Below are positions 42,494-57,206 of a stretch of 64,000 nucleotides of DNA, piece by piece; the stretch's first letter is position 1, and every line of letters begins with the position of its first letter. Source of the DNA: Eledone cirrhosa (lineage: Eukaryota). The stretch covers positions 259,222,001-259,286,000 of the forward strand of contig OZ024740.1 in assembly GCA_964016885.1 (NCBI GenBank), read 5' to 3'. Both the position numbers and the translations under genes were made by a program. The notes below the pieces were generated by a model. The model saw only the letters and a program-made list of their open reading frames with translations, searched no databases and was not told the DNA's origin.

Positions 42494-45400
42494 TTTCTTT
42501 ATTAACCACAAGGGTTTACATAAAGTAGACATTAAGGACAGTACAGGACAATACAGGACGGTACAAATGGGCATTTCTGCGTGTAAAAAAAACAGAGGAT
42601 GTAATAAAAAAAATAACAAAGAAAAATTCACCAATAGGATGGAGACTTCCGAGGGACATTTTTGGAGAAAGCCCATTAAAAGACCACAGTGACCCTGGCC
42701 ACCAGGGCAAGTGCCCTCTCCCAGTTTTCCACCTTTAATTTACAGACACATACTCAGAGTAGGCCCATTCACTCGGGCCATACTTGCTTCTCTCACCCAT
42801 CTTTCAACAAAATGCTGGGAAGAGAGCACTTCCCTCTCTACCCTGATTTTCCTTTTCAAATGAAATTTGAAAAAGTTAATCAGGGCATCACCGAAGAGGT
42901 AAGTGCTCGTCTTCAGCCCTTTCAAACGTGTCCACCATACTATCTCTTTCGCCATGGCCACCAGACAGATAAAAACTGCCTGCCCTTCCCGGCTAAAGGA
43001 AGAGGGCGGGGAAATCCTCAAGATGGACTCAGATGATAGCCGGATCCGTCCTACACGCGACAACGGGTGTTCGACATAAACCCACAAGTCAGTAATTTTC
43101 GGACACTGGACGAGTGCGTGCAGGACGGTTTCGTCGCCCTGCGCGCATCTCGGACATGCCCGGCTAGCGGCACCTCCATGCCTGTAGAGTTTATCCCAAA
43201 CTGGCAAGGCTCCTCGGTAGCACTGCCAGGCCAGAGATTTCTGGCAGTTGTCCATAGGTCCCGGCCCGAAAGTTCTTCCGAAGAGATTGGCTAGTTGATT
43301 TTCGTCGACGCCTAGAGTTTCCCCAAGTACGTCGCCGCTCTTCCCCTCCACTAATCCTCTATAGAACGCCGAGGTGGAGTTTCCACCGATCACATTGCCC
43401 GATTGGTCGAGGGCTGTGAGCGCCTGAAGACATTCCAGTCTCCAGGCGCTCCCTCTCGGTCTTCGCTTGACCCAGGATGCAGCTCCGTCAAGGAATCGAG
43501 CTGGGGAAATACGTGTCTAGCAAACGGCGACCACACCTGATCACCGTCGAGGAAGAGGTGGAGATGTCGTAACCTGAGCGCGTGTCTGCGCATCATCAGC
43601 CACGGCATGCCCAGCCCTCCACGTAGCGGGTGTTGACAGCAGATGGACCGCCTGACCATCGGAGCGCGTCCCTTCCACAAAAAGCGAAAGAGCAAACGCT
43701 CCAGCGCAGTCAGGTGGGGTTTAGGACAAGGTACGACGGTCAGGCGGTAGCAGATGACAGACGCGATGTACGCGTTAGCCACCTCCGCTAGACCTTTCAG
43801 GGATAGCTTCCTCTCCGCCCATTTCTGGGTGAGAGAAGCCACCCTGCTCGTCACCTCGTCCCAGTTTTTGTCCGTCTGGAGGTCCGGACCGAACCAGACC
43901 CCTAGCAATTTAACCGGTCCGTCCGTCCAGCGCCCGACGACGCTGTTGGACGGCATGGACCTGCCTCTCCAGGTGCTGAGCTGCAGGCCCACTGACTTTT
44001 CCTGGTTGATCATTTCTCCTGTCACCGCTTCGTATTCTCTTAGTGTAGTGCCGATCGCTTCGATGTGTTTGGCGTTCGACACCACTACGGTGAAATCGTC
44101 CGCATATGCTGACACGGATCTTCCGCATCCTAGTTCGCGCGGGACGCCCCTCAACGTCTCCAGTTTGTGCAGTAATGGCTCGAGAGTCAATACGTACAGG
44201 AGGGACGAGAGGGGACATCCTTGGCGGACCGAGCGCATGATGTTGAACGGTTCCGAAAGGTGACCGTTCACTCTCACCACAGAGCAGATGTCGCTGTGCA
44301 TGGCAGAGATCCAGCCTCTGAAGACGGGCCCAAAGCCAGCCGCCCTCAGGACTGCCGCTAGGTAACGATGGTCAACCCTATCGAAAGCTTTCGACTGATC
44401 TAAATTGATCAAGGACCCACCCGTGCCAAGTTCCCTAGCTATCCTCTCTACGATGTATCGCATGAGGTGGAGGTTGTCGTGGATGGATCTGTCGGGAATG
44501 GCGCATGTCTGCGTCCCTCCCACCATACCACCAACGAAAAGCGCCAACCTCTTTGCTAGCACTTTGACCAAAATCATGAACTCTGTGTTTAGCAGAGTTA
44601 TGGGCTTGAAATTATATATGTTATCCCCCTTGTTCGGATCCTTTCTCAGCAGTGCCACCGCTCCTCGGCTCACAGAGCTGCGAATTCTCCCGTTCTGTTG
44701 CCAGTTGCAGTAGACGTCCGCCAAGAGGCCTCCGAACAAGTCTGGCATCTGTACGTAAAGTTCATAGGGCAGACCATCCAAGCCAGGCGATTTACCCCTT
44801 GTGTAGCCAGTCATTGCCTCCCGTACTTCGGCGGCTGTTATCGGCTTTTCGGAACACTCCGCCTCAGTGGCCGAGAGCCGCGGCAGTCCGTCGAGGTAGA
44901 CACTAAAGTCCATCCCTCGACCCAGCCCACCGCTGCCCCCGAACAGCTGAGCGAAGTGTCGCTGAAAAGCTTCACAAATTTGCCCGGGATCGAGTAACAT
45001 GCGCCCGTCGTGGTCCACCAAATACCGGATCGTGGCTTTGTTGCCACGACGCGCCTCCGCCACTCGGGCCCATTGAACGGCTTTCGTCCCCTCGTGTCTG
45101 AGAGCACGCACCCTAGCTCTGACAACGCAGCCTTCGTGCTTTGCATTGAAGAATTGGTCAAGGGCCAATTTCGCCGCAAGCACGTCGGTCGCGATGCCTT
45201 TGCTAAGCGCCTCGTCTAATTTTCTAACTAGTTCTCCATCTGCTCTATTTTTCTTTATTGCTAAAGCCTTACTAAACCTAATGGACTTTATTCTAATTGC
45301 TCTTTCCAGAGCAAACCACCACTTGTTGTTGACGATGGCCCCCGTCAACGCCCGCTTAACTAGTTCGCTAATCCGGTCTCTGTAGGCCTTGCGCGCTGGT

Positions 45401-48400
45401 AAGGACGCGTTAAGCTTCCAGTAGCCGGGTCCTCGTCTATGAAGCCTATCTAAGTCAAGCACACAGATCACGAATTTGTGGTCCGTGTAGCTGACTATCT
45501 TGAATTGTGGACAGCCTATGCTAGACCTATCTATTTCCCTACAAAATACTCTATCTAGATATGATCTGGATGACCCTATTCGATTTGTCCAAGTCCACAT
45601 TGGCACATTCGGGAAATCCAATTGGTACCTGTCAGACAGTTCAAAACGCCTGAGCAGGTTGGTGAGGCTCTTGCACCCTCCAGCCCTATCCGCTAATCCC
45701 ACACAGTCTCAGCGTGCATCTAAGATCCCGTTCCAGTCGCCCACTAACACTAAAGAGCGGGACGTTCCAAGAAAGGTCTCCAGACGCCGGAAGAAATCAG
45801 GCCGCCCTGCTCCTGTCGGGGCATAGACGGCCACTAGCCTGAAAGCTTGCCCGTCTCCGCTGGTCACGTCCAGCACCACCAACTTACCCTCTGGGTCCAG
45901 GAAGATGGCCCGTATGGCGAGATCCAAACCTCTCCGAAAAAGCACAGCAACTCCACCCCCCGATCCAGGACGGCTGGGAGATGCGTACACATTGTAGCCG
46001 CCGAAGATCGGTGCGAAGGCCCGTGCTTCGGAGATTCTGCTTTCGCTGATGGCCACTACATCTATGTTTAGTGACCTGAGGTCGTTGAGTGGGTGACCCT
46101 GCTTCCATGACGACCCCCCAAGCCACGCGCATTTATGCTGCCTATTCTGAGTGAGGTCATGTTTAAAATGGAGTGAAAAAGATGGGAAAGACCACTTACC
46201 GTACTTTTCGTAGAGGAAGGATGGTTTCTCCATCCCTTTTCACTTAATCGTCTGGTGAAGGGACCGTTGAATCGTCCCTTCTACTGGTCGTCGGCTCTTC
46301 TATGAGTATGTCCGAATATACTCTCCGGTTGAGAGTCCCTCCTAGGTCTCTGAAATCACCAACTGCGTTGGGGAATTTCGTTTTAATGTTTGTGTATTGT
46401 TTCTGTGCTATTTTTACCAGTCTTATGTTCGTTGACGTTTTGATTGGTGCTAGTATTATGTAGTCGTGCTGTGAAATGTCTGTGTGTTCATTTATGTAAG
46501 TCATTAGTTTCTTGTTGTGTGTATTTATTGCCGTGCATTTGTTTTTCTGGGGGTGGGGTGTGGTTCTGCTATTTTCTTGTCGTTGTTGCTGGGTGTGTGT
46601 GTTTTGTTGTTGTGTTTGCGATGTTGGTGCTTGTGGTGGTGGTGTTGAAGGTGTTGTTGTTGTTGGCGGTGGGGTTATCGCCGGTGGTGATGGTGGTGCT
46701 AGTGTGGGTGGTGATGGCGTTGGTGGTGTTGCTGCTGTGAGTCTCTTTGCAGTAGCCTCTACCCTTTTTTCATTTCTTTCCTCCCTTTTCGAAGGCGACG
46801 ATGCGCTGCTTCTGCGCTTGTGCCTTCTTACGACCTTTTGCCATCCCTCTCCCACCTCACACTCCATGTCTGATTCTGTGAGGTCGGGGAGGGGTACCAG
46901 CTCCACTCTTTCACTTGTTGTTGTTGGTGATGTTTGCAGTGGAGTCTTTGTTGCAGCTGCATTTGGTATTGCTGTTGTTGTTGTTAATACTTCCACTGCT
47001 GTTGGTGTTCTTGATTTCCGTGGCGTGGGTATGGATGCCACGGATCTATCGTTCCTGGTTGCCGCTTGTCCAGTTGCTGGTAGCCGTGGAACCGGTTTCG
47101 GAAGGAGGGGGTTTTCTCCTTTCTCAGGGTCTTCTCGTTGCAGAATGCCCTGAGGTGAGTCTTCGATCCACAGCGAAAGCATTTCGGGCGTTTGCCCTCA
47201 ACACTTATGGGCAGTTGAGTGCCGTTATCGAAATCTATCACATCCGGGATAGCTTCGATGCACTCCTGGTTGGTTTGGATTAACATCTCAATGGAGGTGC
47301 CGACCCAATCTTCTCTTACTTTTTTCTGTACTTGCAGTACAGTTGTTTTGTCCTCGATTCCGACGAGGACAGACGCGGCCAGCCAAGAAGGGGCCATCCC
47401 GGAGGGGACGTCAGTTTGATCCTCACAGTTTTTTGCCCGCAGTAGGAGGGCACCAACACCATTTCCTCGCTCCTTAGGGTCACTAAGGATTGAGCCTTTG
47501 CCTCCTGGGGTGTGGCAAAAAGCACGTCTACGGTGGCATATTGCTTGCCTCGGGTGATGTGCGTTTTCCGCTGCCACACAGACCCTAAGGCTTTTTGTAT
47601 TTGAGCCTCTGTGGCTCTTTCAACCCTACGGGATTTTGTGCTTACTGTACGGTACGTGACCGTACAGTGCTGTTGGGTTTCGAAAAAATTTTCGGCTGCC
47701 TTGCAGATTGCTCGGTGTCCGGTTTTCGTCACCATCTTCTTCGCTTCCTCTAATTCCTCATTTGTTATGAGGATGGTTTCCAGGTTCTTTGCGATACCTG
47801 CAAACGAGATTGGTTTTTCTTTGCTGCTGCTGTTGTTGTTGTTGTTGTTGTCGTCAGAGCTGCTGTTACTTTTGTTGTTGCTGCAGGTACTACGACTACT
47901 GCCGCCGCCGCTGTTGCTGTGGTTGTTGTTGTTGTTGCTGCTGCTGCTGCTGTTGTTGTTGCTGTTGCTGCTAATGCTGTTGTTGTTTATGCTGCTGCTG
48001 ATGCTGTTGCGGCTGCTACTGTTGTTTTCCTTGTCACTGTTGCTGCTGTTGTTATTACAGCTGCTACTGCTATTATTCCTGACGTCAGACGAATGAAATG
48101 GGTTTTCGTATTTCCCGCACACCTTTTTCGTCGTTGTCGTCGTCGTCGTGGAGAAATCTAGCACGCTTTGCCCGTGATTTTTCTTTTCTGGCGTCGCTTG
48201 CGAAAGAGAAGGGAGGGAGATAGACACATTTAGAGAAGGGAGGGAGAGAGACAATCTTCTCTCTGCTGAAGTGACGATTGAGGAAGAAGAAGACGGAATG
48301 AGTGGGAGTGACCTATGAAAATTCTTTTTCGTAGCCATGTTTTTTTTTTGTTTAAAATAAATATTGGGCACAAAACCCCAATAAGCGGTGATTTAACCCC

Positions 48401-48528
48401 GAAGGGCCAAATAACGGGAAGAAAGACCCCTCTCGTGAGGAGGAGGGTGTTTTTGTCTACAAGTTGGTTAAAGTTTTAAACAATTTACAATACCTTACAG
48501 AGCCGAGCCTCCCTCAACCATAGCATTC
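42494..48528 (-). mobile_element. Tx1/L1-type LINE, full length with few frameshifts (ORF1 about 48371-46244, ORF2 about 46140-42740)
   Basis: ORF1 poly-S/N tract and CFRCGSKTHLRAFC knuckle. ORF2 APE, a 770-aa open RT segment (VRQGCPLS, AYADD) and CPRC...H...C finger. (TAA)n at both ends. Confidence 0.95.
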
Positions 48529-48570
<42 letters not shown>

Positions 48571-48758
48571 TGTTTCTACGTTTTGGCACAAGGCCAGCAA
48601 TTATCCAGTGCATTACTGGTACTTTATTTTATCGACCCCGTAAGGATGAAAGGCAAAGTTAACATCGGCGGGATTTGAACTCAGATCATAAAGGGACGTA
48701 ACTCTATGCGTCAAAGCATGGCGTCCGACCCTCTACCGATACTGCCAATCTACCGCCC
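48571..48758 (-). mobile_element. SINE family S1 within (TAA)n
   Basis: Similar to 42275-42460. Confidence 0.9.
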
Positions 48759-48779
48759 TTTAATAATAATAATAATAAT

Positions 48780-49245
48780 GATTTCTTTATTAACCACAAG
48801 GGTTTACATAAAGTAGACATTAAGGACAGTGCAGGACAATACAGGACGGTACAAATGGGCATTTCTACGTGTAAAATACAAAAACAGAGGATGTAACAAA
48901 AAAAATAACAATGAAAAATTCCCCAATAGGGGGGAGACTTCGGAGGGACAGTTGTGTAGAAAGCCTAGTAAAAGGCCACAGTGACCCTGACCACCAAGGC
49001 AAGTGCCCTCTCCCAGTTTTCCACCTTTAATTTACAGATACATACTCAGAGTAGGCCCATTCACTCGGGCCATACTTGCTTCTCTCACCCATCTTTCAAC
49101 AAAATGCTGGGAAGAGAGCACTTCCCTCTCTACTCCGATTTTCCTTTTCAAATGAAATTTGAAAAAGTCAATCAGGGCATCACCGAAGAGGTTAGTGCTC
49201 GTCTTCAGCCCTTTCAAACGTGTCCACCATACTATCTCTTTCGCC

Positions 49246-49246
<1 letters not shown>
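48780..49246 (-). mobile_element. Tx1/L1-type LINE 3' fragment
   Basis: Closely similar to 42494-42955 (MAKEIVWWTRLKGLKTS... plus 3' UTR). Confidence 0.95.
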
Positions 49247-49294
<48 letters not shown>

Positions 49295-49298
<4 letters not shown>

Positions 49299-50803
49299 AA
49301 GGAGTTGGATGTGCTTGTTGACACTGTCCGTATTTTCAGCAATGATATATGTATGCAATTTGGTATTAGTAAGTGTGGAGTCATTGTGATGAAGAGGGGT
49401 AAGTTGAGCAGAAGTAACGGAATCCAGGTACCAACAGGTGAGATGATAAAGGAAATTGACTCTGAAGAAGGATACACGTATTTGGGCGTTCTGGAGGCTG
49501 ATGACATCAAGAACAAAAAAATGAAGGAATTGATAAGAACTGAATACATTCGGAGAATAAGGAGCGTATTGAAGTCACATCTGAACAGCAGAATTAAAGT
49601 CATATCTGAACAGTAGGAATGCCATAAGTGCAGTAAATTCACGAGCTGTGTCTATTATTAGGTACAGTGCGGGAATTCTGAGATAGAATGTTGCTGAACA
49701 AAAAGAAATGGATAGGAAGACTAGGAAGCTATTGACTATCTACAACATGTTCCACAAGAGGAGTGATGTCGATAGACTCTACTTAAGGAGATCTGAAGGT
49801 GGAAGAGGTCTTATCAGCATAGAGGACTTTGTTCAGATGGAGAAAAACAACCTACACAAATACGTGACTGGTAGTAAGGAGCCAATGCTCAGACCTGTAC
49901 TGAAGGAGGGGACAATAGGCCAGGGGATGTCCAATGAGGAAATAACATCAAGGAGAAAGAGCAGCCTTCAGGAAAAATCCCTTCATAGTACCTTCTTGGA
50001 GAAAACTAAATTTAGAGATCCACAGACATGGAACTGGTTGAAAAGAGGAGACCTTAAAAAGGCTACAGAAGGAATGTTAATGGCTGCGCAGGAGCAGGCC
50101 CTCAAAACGAAGTGGTTGAAACACCACATTTACAAGGAGGAGGCTAGCCTACTGTGCAGGATCTGTGGAGAGAGAGAGGAGACTGTGGCTCACATTGTAT
50201 CCGAGTGTAAACACCTAGCCCAGACTCACTATAAGGGCTGGAGACATGATGTGATGGGCAGGGTGATCCACTGGCACCTATGCAAAGTAAACAATTTACC
50301 ACATTCTGAGAAATGGTATGAGCATAAGCCAGAGGCGGTGATAGAAAACGATCAGGTGAAGGTGCTGTGGGATTTTAGGATACAGACGGACAAGAAACTT
50401 GAACACAATAGACCTGACCTGGTGGTTGTGGACAAAGAAAAAAGATCGTGCCTGATTGTGGATGTGGCCTGCCCATTCGACACGAGAGTGCAAGAGAAGG
50501 AGAGGGAGAAAATTAACCGATACCAGGACTTAAAGTGGGAGGTAAAAAGGATTTGGAACTGCCATGAAGTCAAAGTGATCCCGATTGTCATAGGCGCACT
50601 AGGGACTATCTCAAAAAGTTTCCAGGGATGGTTAAAGAAAATTGGCCCCTTCACGCTTTTTGGAACGCTTCAAAAGGCATGCTTGCTGGGAACAGCAAGA
50701 ACCCTCCGATACGTCCTGAATATCTGAGGCTGCAGGTAGTGGCTTGATATTCATTTCAACAAACTTTCCAGTTAACTAACATCAATGACTGAGACTCAAA
50801 GAG
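49295..50803 (+). mobile_element. 5'-truncated R4/Dong-like non-LTR retrotransposon in (TAA)n
   Basis: YTYLGV, RLYLRRSEGGRGL, CRICGEREETVAHIVSEC, HNRPDLVV...DVACPFD...KINRY. Long (TAA)n on both sides. Confidence 0.92.
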
Positions 50804-50813
50804 TAATAACAAC

Positions 50814-50906
<93 letters not shown>

Positions 50907-51399
50907 AAGAAGAAGAAGAAGATAATAGTCAAATGTAATATAAGTACTATAGTATAAAACAACACAGGGTGCTTAAAATGCAGGCGCTCGTAGCAAATGC
51001 TACTAGATGAATCTGGCACTCTATGACCATCTAAGCCATGTAAACCTCCAACTACTACTACAACAACAACGCTATTCTCATGACCACCACCACTTCTTGC
51101 ATTTGTATAACACCCCACCACATTCAACGTTCACTTACCACCAGCAATAACTCGAGATCTTTTGATACCATAGACGCAAACAAATATAACTGCCGACTTA
51201 CACAAACACGTTTTTGATTGATACGTAGTTTAATTATAAGGATTAATTAAGCTATAATTAACTTGGCCTTATCTCTCCGAGTTGCCGCACAAGAATTCGG
51301 CAGTGGGTGACTTTAAAAACAGCTTAATTTTCTATATGTTGATCACGTGGTGTCCATCTATACTATAATTGGCATCGGGTGTCGTGAAAGTACACACAG

Positions 51400-51450
<51 letters not shown>

Positions 51451-52299
51451 TTTAATAAAAAGTCGGGGCTCGACGGCTGAGCTCTTCCCGTTTCAACAGC
51501 TAGTTCCAGACTGTTAACCAAAATGGCTCACGGTTGACATACATATATATGTACATACATATATATATATGTACATATATATATATATGTATGTACTGTA
51601 CGGCTTAATTCGGGATGTTTGTTTACAAATGCACCGAGCATTATAATAAATGTTCGGTGAATCCATACGTACATATATATATGTGTGCATGTATGTATAT
51701 ATATATATATACATACTACTGTACGTATGTATACATATATGTATGTACGTATACATACTTATATATATATATATATATATAACTAGCTACCGTCACATAT
51801 TTGGTAGGTCAGACGTGATCATCGCGATTCACATACGACCTACCATACATCTTATTTATATATATATATATAGGAACGAGTAGGACCCCGACGGCTGAGC
51901 TCAAGCCGTTTCGACGGCTAATTCTGGACGTCCAGAATTAGCCGTCGAAACGGCTTGAGCTCAGCCGTCGGGGTCCTACTCGTTCCTATTACCCACTCTA
52001 CTACCCTAAGTATTGAGTACTTTGTTGCGTTATGGTCTACCTGGTTCCTTACCACATTTCCTTTGTTATACATACATACATACATACATACATACATACA
52101 TACATACATACATACATACATACATACATACATACATACATACATACACGCACACACATACATACCTATATATATTTATTGAATAAATTATTGTGTATAT
52201 GTATGTGCGAGTAAGTCCGTGTCTCTGTGCATATAAATATGTATAATAAAATACAAATATTTTGTGGGCGGTGGTAATAATTAGCCCAGGCACATCCAC

Positions 52300-52670
52300 A
52301 TCCTCACATACACACAGTAATACATTCCCATACTTATACACACAGAAATACATTCCCATACTTATACACACAGAAATAAATTCCCATACACATACACACA
52401 CCAACACAGTAATACATTCCCATACATACATCATATACACATGCACACAGTAATACATTCCTATACTTTTATCCTATACACATACACACATACATACATA
52501 CACACAGTAATACATTCCTATACACATATCATATACACATACACACATCCACACAGTAATACATTCCTATACATATATCATATACACATACACACATCCA
52601 CACAGTAATACATTGCTATACATATATCATATACACATCCACACAGTAATACATTGCTATACATATATCA
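52300..52670. repeat. Degenerate minisatellite, 30-45-bp units with core CACAGTAATACATTCC
   Basis: Core recurs about 9 times. Confidence 0.85.
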
Positions 52671-53301
52671 TGAGAGTGCAGCCTAAAATACTTAACCATT
52701 TTAATAGTAAGCTGCTTACAATCACCTTTGGTTTTATGATACAAAACTTTTTGTTCTAAAATGTTCATATTTATCTAAAAACCGTCCATCATAATTTTAT
52801 GCACGCACTTTTAAATTATGCACCAAACATGATCGTAATAATGAGAAAGTTACATTACTAAATCCTTCCAAATTCTTGATTATTTTCAAAATAATTTAAA
52901 GCTCATATGCAGTGTCTTTCATTAGAGATATGGTAATATCAGCGTTAATATGTTTATATTTATCTAAAAAAGCAGCGAATTGGCAGTCGTTAAAACATCG
53001 GATAGAATGCTTTGCAGTATTGATTCCGACTCTTGATCTCTGAGTTCAAATCCCGCCGAGGTTAACTTTGCATTTCATTTTTTCAATGTCGAAAAAAAAG
53101 TACTAATCTAGTACTGAAGTAGATTCTTCCTCTATATCTCTTTCTCACTTACATTCTCCCACTCTCTATCTTTCTCTGGAAGAAATCTGCTGTATTCAGA
53201 CTTGGAGTGGAAATAAGCTCCGCCAGGCTTAAAATGACCAATGTCTACGACTCTACGGCATCTCTACGACTTCCTCGGGAGTTACGGGACCATACATACA
53301 T

Positions 53302-53639
53302 TTATCTAAAAAGCTTCTGACACAATTTTCTGTAAAAACTTTTAAGTTCTGTTCCAGACATCAGCTTGATATTGGGAATATTAGTTATATTACTAAATCC
53401 TCCAAGTTCTTGATTGTTTTCAAGAGTATTTGAAAATTGTAGGCGGTGACATTCATTAGTAATATAGCAACGATCAACAAAACCGCCAGTCATGAAATTA
53501 ACGTGTACGTGGCTAAGAATTTCAGAGACACGTGTACCCATAACGTAATTGCCAGGGCGGTTCAACGTGATACGGTGTATGGGACAAGGCTGACAGCGTC
53601 TCTCAATAGAAATATGGTGTTGAAAGGGTGAAATAAATC
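53302..53639 (-). CDS. Probable terminal coding exon of an unidentified host gene
   Basis: Acceptor TTGTTTTTTAG, then 111 open complex codons FISPFQHHISIERRCQPCPIHRITLNRPG...KLCQKLFR*. Phase is compatible with the 43-nt exon upstream. Confidence 0.6.
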
Positions 53640-53792
53640 CTAAAAAACAATAACTTTCACGGATGTTCGTGCATTGATAGATTTAAAGCAAGGTCCAACA
53701 ACTGCCTCGAAGGTCAGTTGGGAGTGGGGGCTGCCCAACAACAACCCCGGTGGTCAGTTGGGAACGGGGGCTACGTTACAATGGTGCATTAC

Positions 53793-53835
53793 CTTCAAGT
53801 TCCTGAACTGGTGCAGTCAAGTCTTGTGGTGGCAC
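53793..53835 (-). CDS. Probable 43-nt coding exon (VPPQDLTAPVQELE)
   Basis: CTTTTAG|GTG...GAAG|GTAATG. The phase-1 end joins GA of the next exon to give GGA in frame. Confidence 0.55.
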
Positions 53836-54279
53836 CTAAAAGGTTTTGCAATCAACTGTCGTCAGTGGTCTCTGTCATGTGTCATGCATACAAGCTAATG
53901 TTTAAATGTTTTAAGATCTATGGCATACACATTCTAATATATATAAATACACACGCACATATACACACATACACGCATTTACACATATATAAATATGTGT
54001 GTGTGTGTGTGTGTGTGTGTGTTATATATTGATATTCATACACAGAACAACAAAACCTTGACCGCTGGTTTCAAAGGAGTAATCAAGGCCGTAATCTAGT
54101 GATCAAGTGCTGATCTCTCCTCCACCCATTCTGCACCACCGTCAGCAACTGTCTGGAGTGATGATAATAACTGAACCATATCAACACACTGTGTCTATAT
54201 ATCCAGCCAATATCTACATATCTATATATACTGTCATATACTGTCATAATCTACACACTGTATCTATATATCTATATAT

Positions 54280-56765
54280 CCAGTCAACATCTACACCCTG
54301 TGTCTATCTAGCTAGCTAGCTATCTAGTCAATATCTACACCCTGTGTCTATATATCCAGTCAACATCTACACCCTGTGTCTATATAACCAGTCAACATCT
54401 ACACCCTGTGTCTATATACCCAGTCAACATATACACCCAGTGTCTATATATCCAGTCAACATCTACACCCTGTGTCTATATATCCAGTCAACATCTACAC
54501 CATGTGTCTGTATACCAGTCAACATCTACAGCCTGTGTCCATCTACCCAGTCAACATCTACACCCTGTGTCCATCTACCCAGTCAACATCTACACCCTGT
54601 GTCTATATACCCAGTCAACATCTACACCCTGTGTCTATATACCCAGTCAACATCTACACCCTGTGTCCATCTACCCTGTCAACATCTACACCCTGTGTCC
54701 ATCTACCCAGTCACCATCTACACGCTGTATCTATATACCCAGTCAACATCTACACCCTGTGTCCATCTACCCAGTCAACATCTACACCCTGTGTCTATAT
54801 ACCCAGTCAATATCTACACCCTGTGTCCATCTACCCAGTCAACATCTACACCCTGTGTCTATATATCCAGTCAACATCTACACCCTGTGTCTATATACCC
54901 AGTCAATATCTACACCCTGTGTCCATCTACCCAGTCAACATCTACACCCTGTGTCCATCTACCCAGTCAACATCTACACCCTGTGTCTATATACCCAGTC
55001 AACATCTACACCCTGTGTCTATATACCCAGTCAACATCTACACCCTGTGTCCATCTACCCTGTCAACATCTACACCCTGTGTCCATCTACCCAGTCACCA
55101 TCTACACGCTGTATCTATATACCCAGTCAACATCTACACCCTGTGTCCATCTACCCAGTCAACATCTACACCCTGTGTCTATATACCCAGTCAATATCTA
55201 CACCCTGTGTCCATCTACCCAGTCAACATCTACACCCTGTGTCTATATATCCAGTCAACATCTACACCCTGTGTCTATATACCCAGTCAACATCTACACC
55301 CTGTGTCTATATACCCAGTCAACATCTACACCATGTGTCTATATACCCAGTCAACATCTACACCCTGTGTCCATCTACCCAGTCAACATCTACACCCTGT
55401 GTCCATCTATCCAGTCAACATCTACACCCTGTGTCTATATACCCAGTCAACATCTACACCCTATGTCCATCTACCCAGTCAACATCTACACCCTGTGTCT
55501 ATATATCCAGTCAACATGTACACCCTGTGTCTGTATACCAGTCAACATCTACACCCTGTGTCCATATACCCAGTCAACATCTACACCCTGTGTCCATCTA
55601 TCCAGTCAACATCTACACCCTGTGTCTATATACCCAGTCAATATCTACACCCTGTGTCTATATACCCAGTCAACATCTACACCCTGTGTCTATATACCCA
55701 GTCAATATCTACACCCTGTGTCTATATACCCAGTCAATATCTACACCCTGTGTCCATCTACCCAGTCAATATCTACACCCTGTGTCGATATACCCAGTCA
55801 ATATCTACACCCTGTGTCCATCTATCCAGTCAACATCTACACCCTGTGTCTATATACCCAGTCAACATCTACACCATGTGTCCATCTACCCAGTCAACAT
55901 GTACACCCTGTGTATATATACCCAGTCACTATCTACACCCTGTGTCTATATACCCAGTCAATATCTACACCCTGTGTCTATATACCCAGTCAACATCTAC
56001 ACCCTGTGTCTATATACCCAGTCAACATCTACACCATGTGTCCATCTACCCAGTCAACATGTACACCCTATGTCTATATACCCAGTCACTATCTACACCC
56101 TGTGTCTATATACCCAGTCAACATCTACACCCTGTGTCTATATACCCAGTCAACATCTACACCCTGTGTCTATATACCCAGTCAACATCTACACCCTGTG
56201 TCCATCTATCCAGTCAACATCTACACCCTGTGTCTATATATCCAGTCAACATCTACACCCTGTGTCCATCTACCCAGTCAACATCTACACCATGTGTCCA
56301 TCTACCCAGTCAACATGTACACCCTGTGTATATATACCCAGTCACTATCTACACACTGTGTCTATATACCCAGTCAATATCTACACCCTGTGTCCATCTA
56401 CCCTGTCAACATCTACACCCTGTGTCCATCTACCCAGTCAACATCTACACCATGTGTCCATCTATCCAGTCAACATCTACACCCTGTGTCCATCTACCCA
56501 GTCACCATCTACACCATGTGTCCATCTATCCAGTCAACATCTACACCCTGTGTCTATATACCCAGTCACTATCTACACCCTGTGTCTATATACCCAGTCA
56601 ACATCTACACCCTGTGTCCATCTACCCTGTCAACATCTACACCCTGTGTCCATCTACCCAGTCACCATCTACACGCTGTATCTATATACCCAGTCAACAT
56701 CTACACCCTGTGTCCATCTACCCAGTCAACATCTACACGCTGTATCTGTCTACCTAGTCAACATC
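54280..56765. repeat. 32-bp minisatellite, about 77 units (CCAGTCAACATCTACACCCTGTGTCTATATAC)
   Basis: Visible directly. Produces the three 760-860-aa pseudo-ORFs. Confidence 0.97.
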
Positions 56766-57167
56766 TTACATTCTGTCTAGCCAACCAGTCAAGATCTACA
56801 AACTCTGTCACTCTACGTAATCAACATCTGCACACAGTGTCTACAAACTGTATCTATCTAGATGAAGGGGAAAATCACTATTTACATGTTTCAAAACAAA
56901 ATAATAGAGATACGAGATCGGATAAGAATTTAACGTGAAGCTACGGGTGTAAGAAAACGGGTTGTAATGTGAAAGACTATAAAAAGGATATTAATCAAGG
57001 AAGCCCCTGTCTCCGTACAGACACACCCCACTGTTAACTTATATCCTGTTTGTTGTAGGGCATGTCACTTTCATTTGCAAATCTTCCCTTCACTTAATAC
57101 TGTTAGTTCACTCGAGTGGGATGATACAATTATAGCATTATCTCTCTACTTAATCATTTATATATAC

Positions 57168-57206
<39 letters not shown>

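Noticed and set aside
54344-56938. 760-860-aa ORFs, or a CRISPR-like array
   Set aside because: A 32-bp tandem repeat with no unique spacers. The unit simply lacks plus-strand stops.
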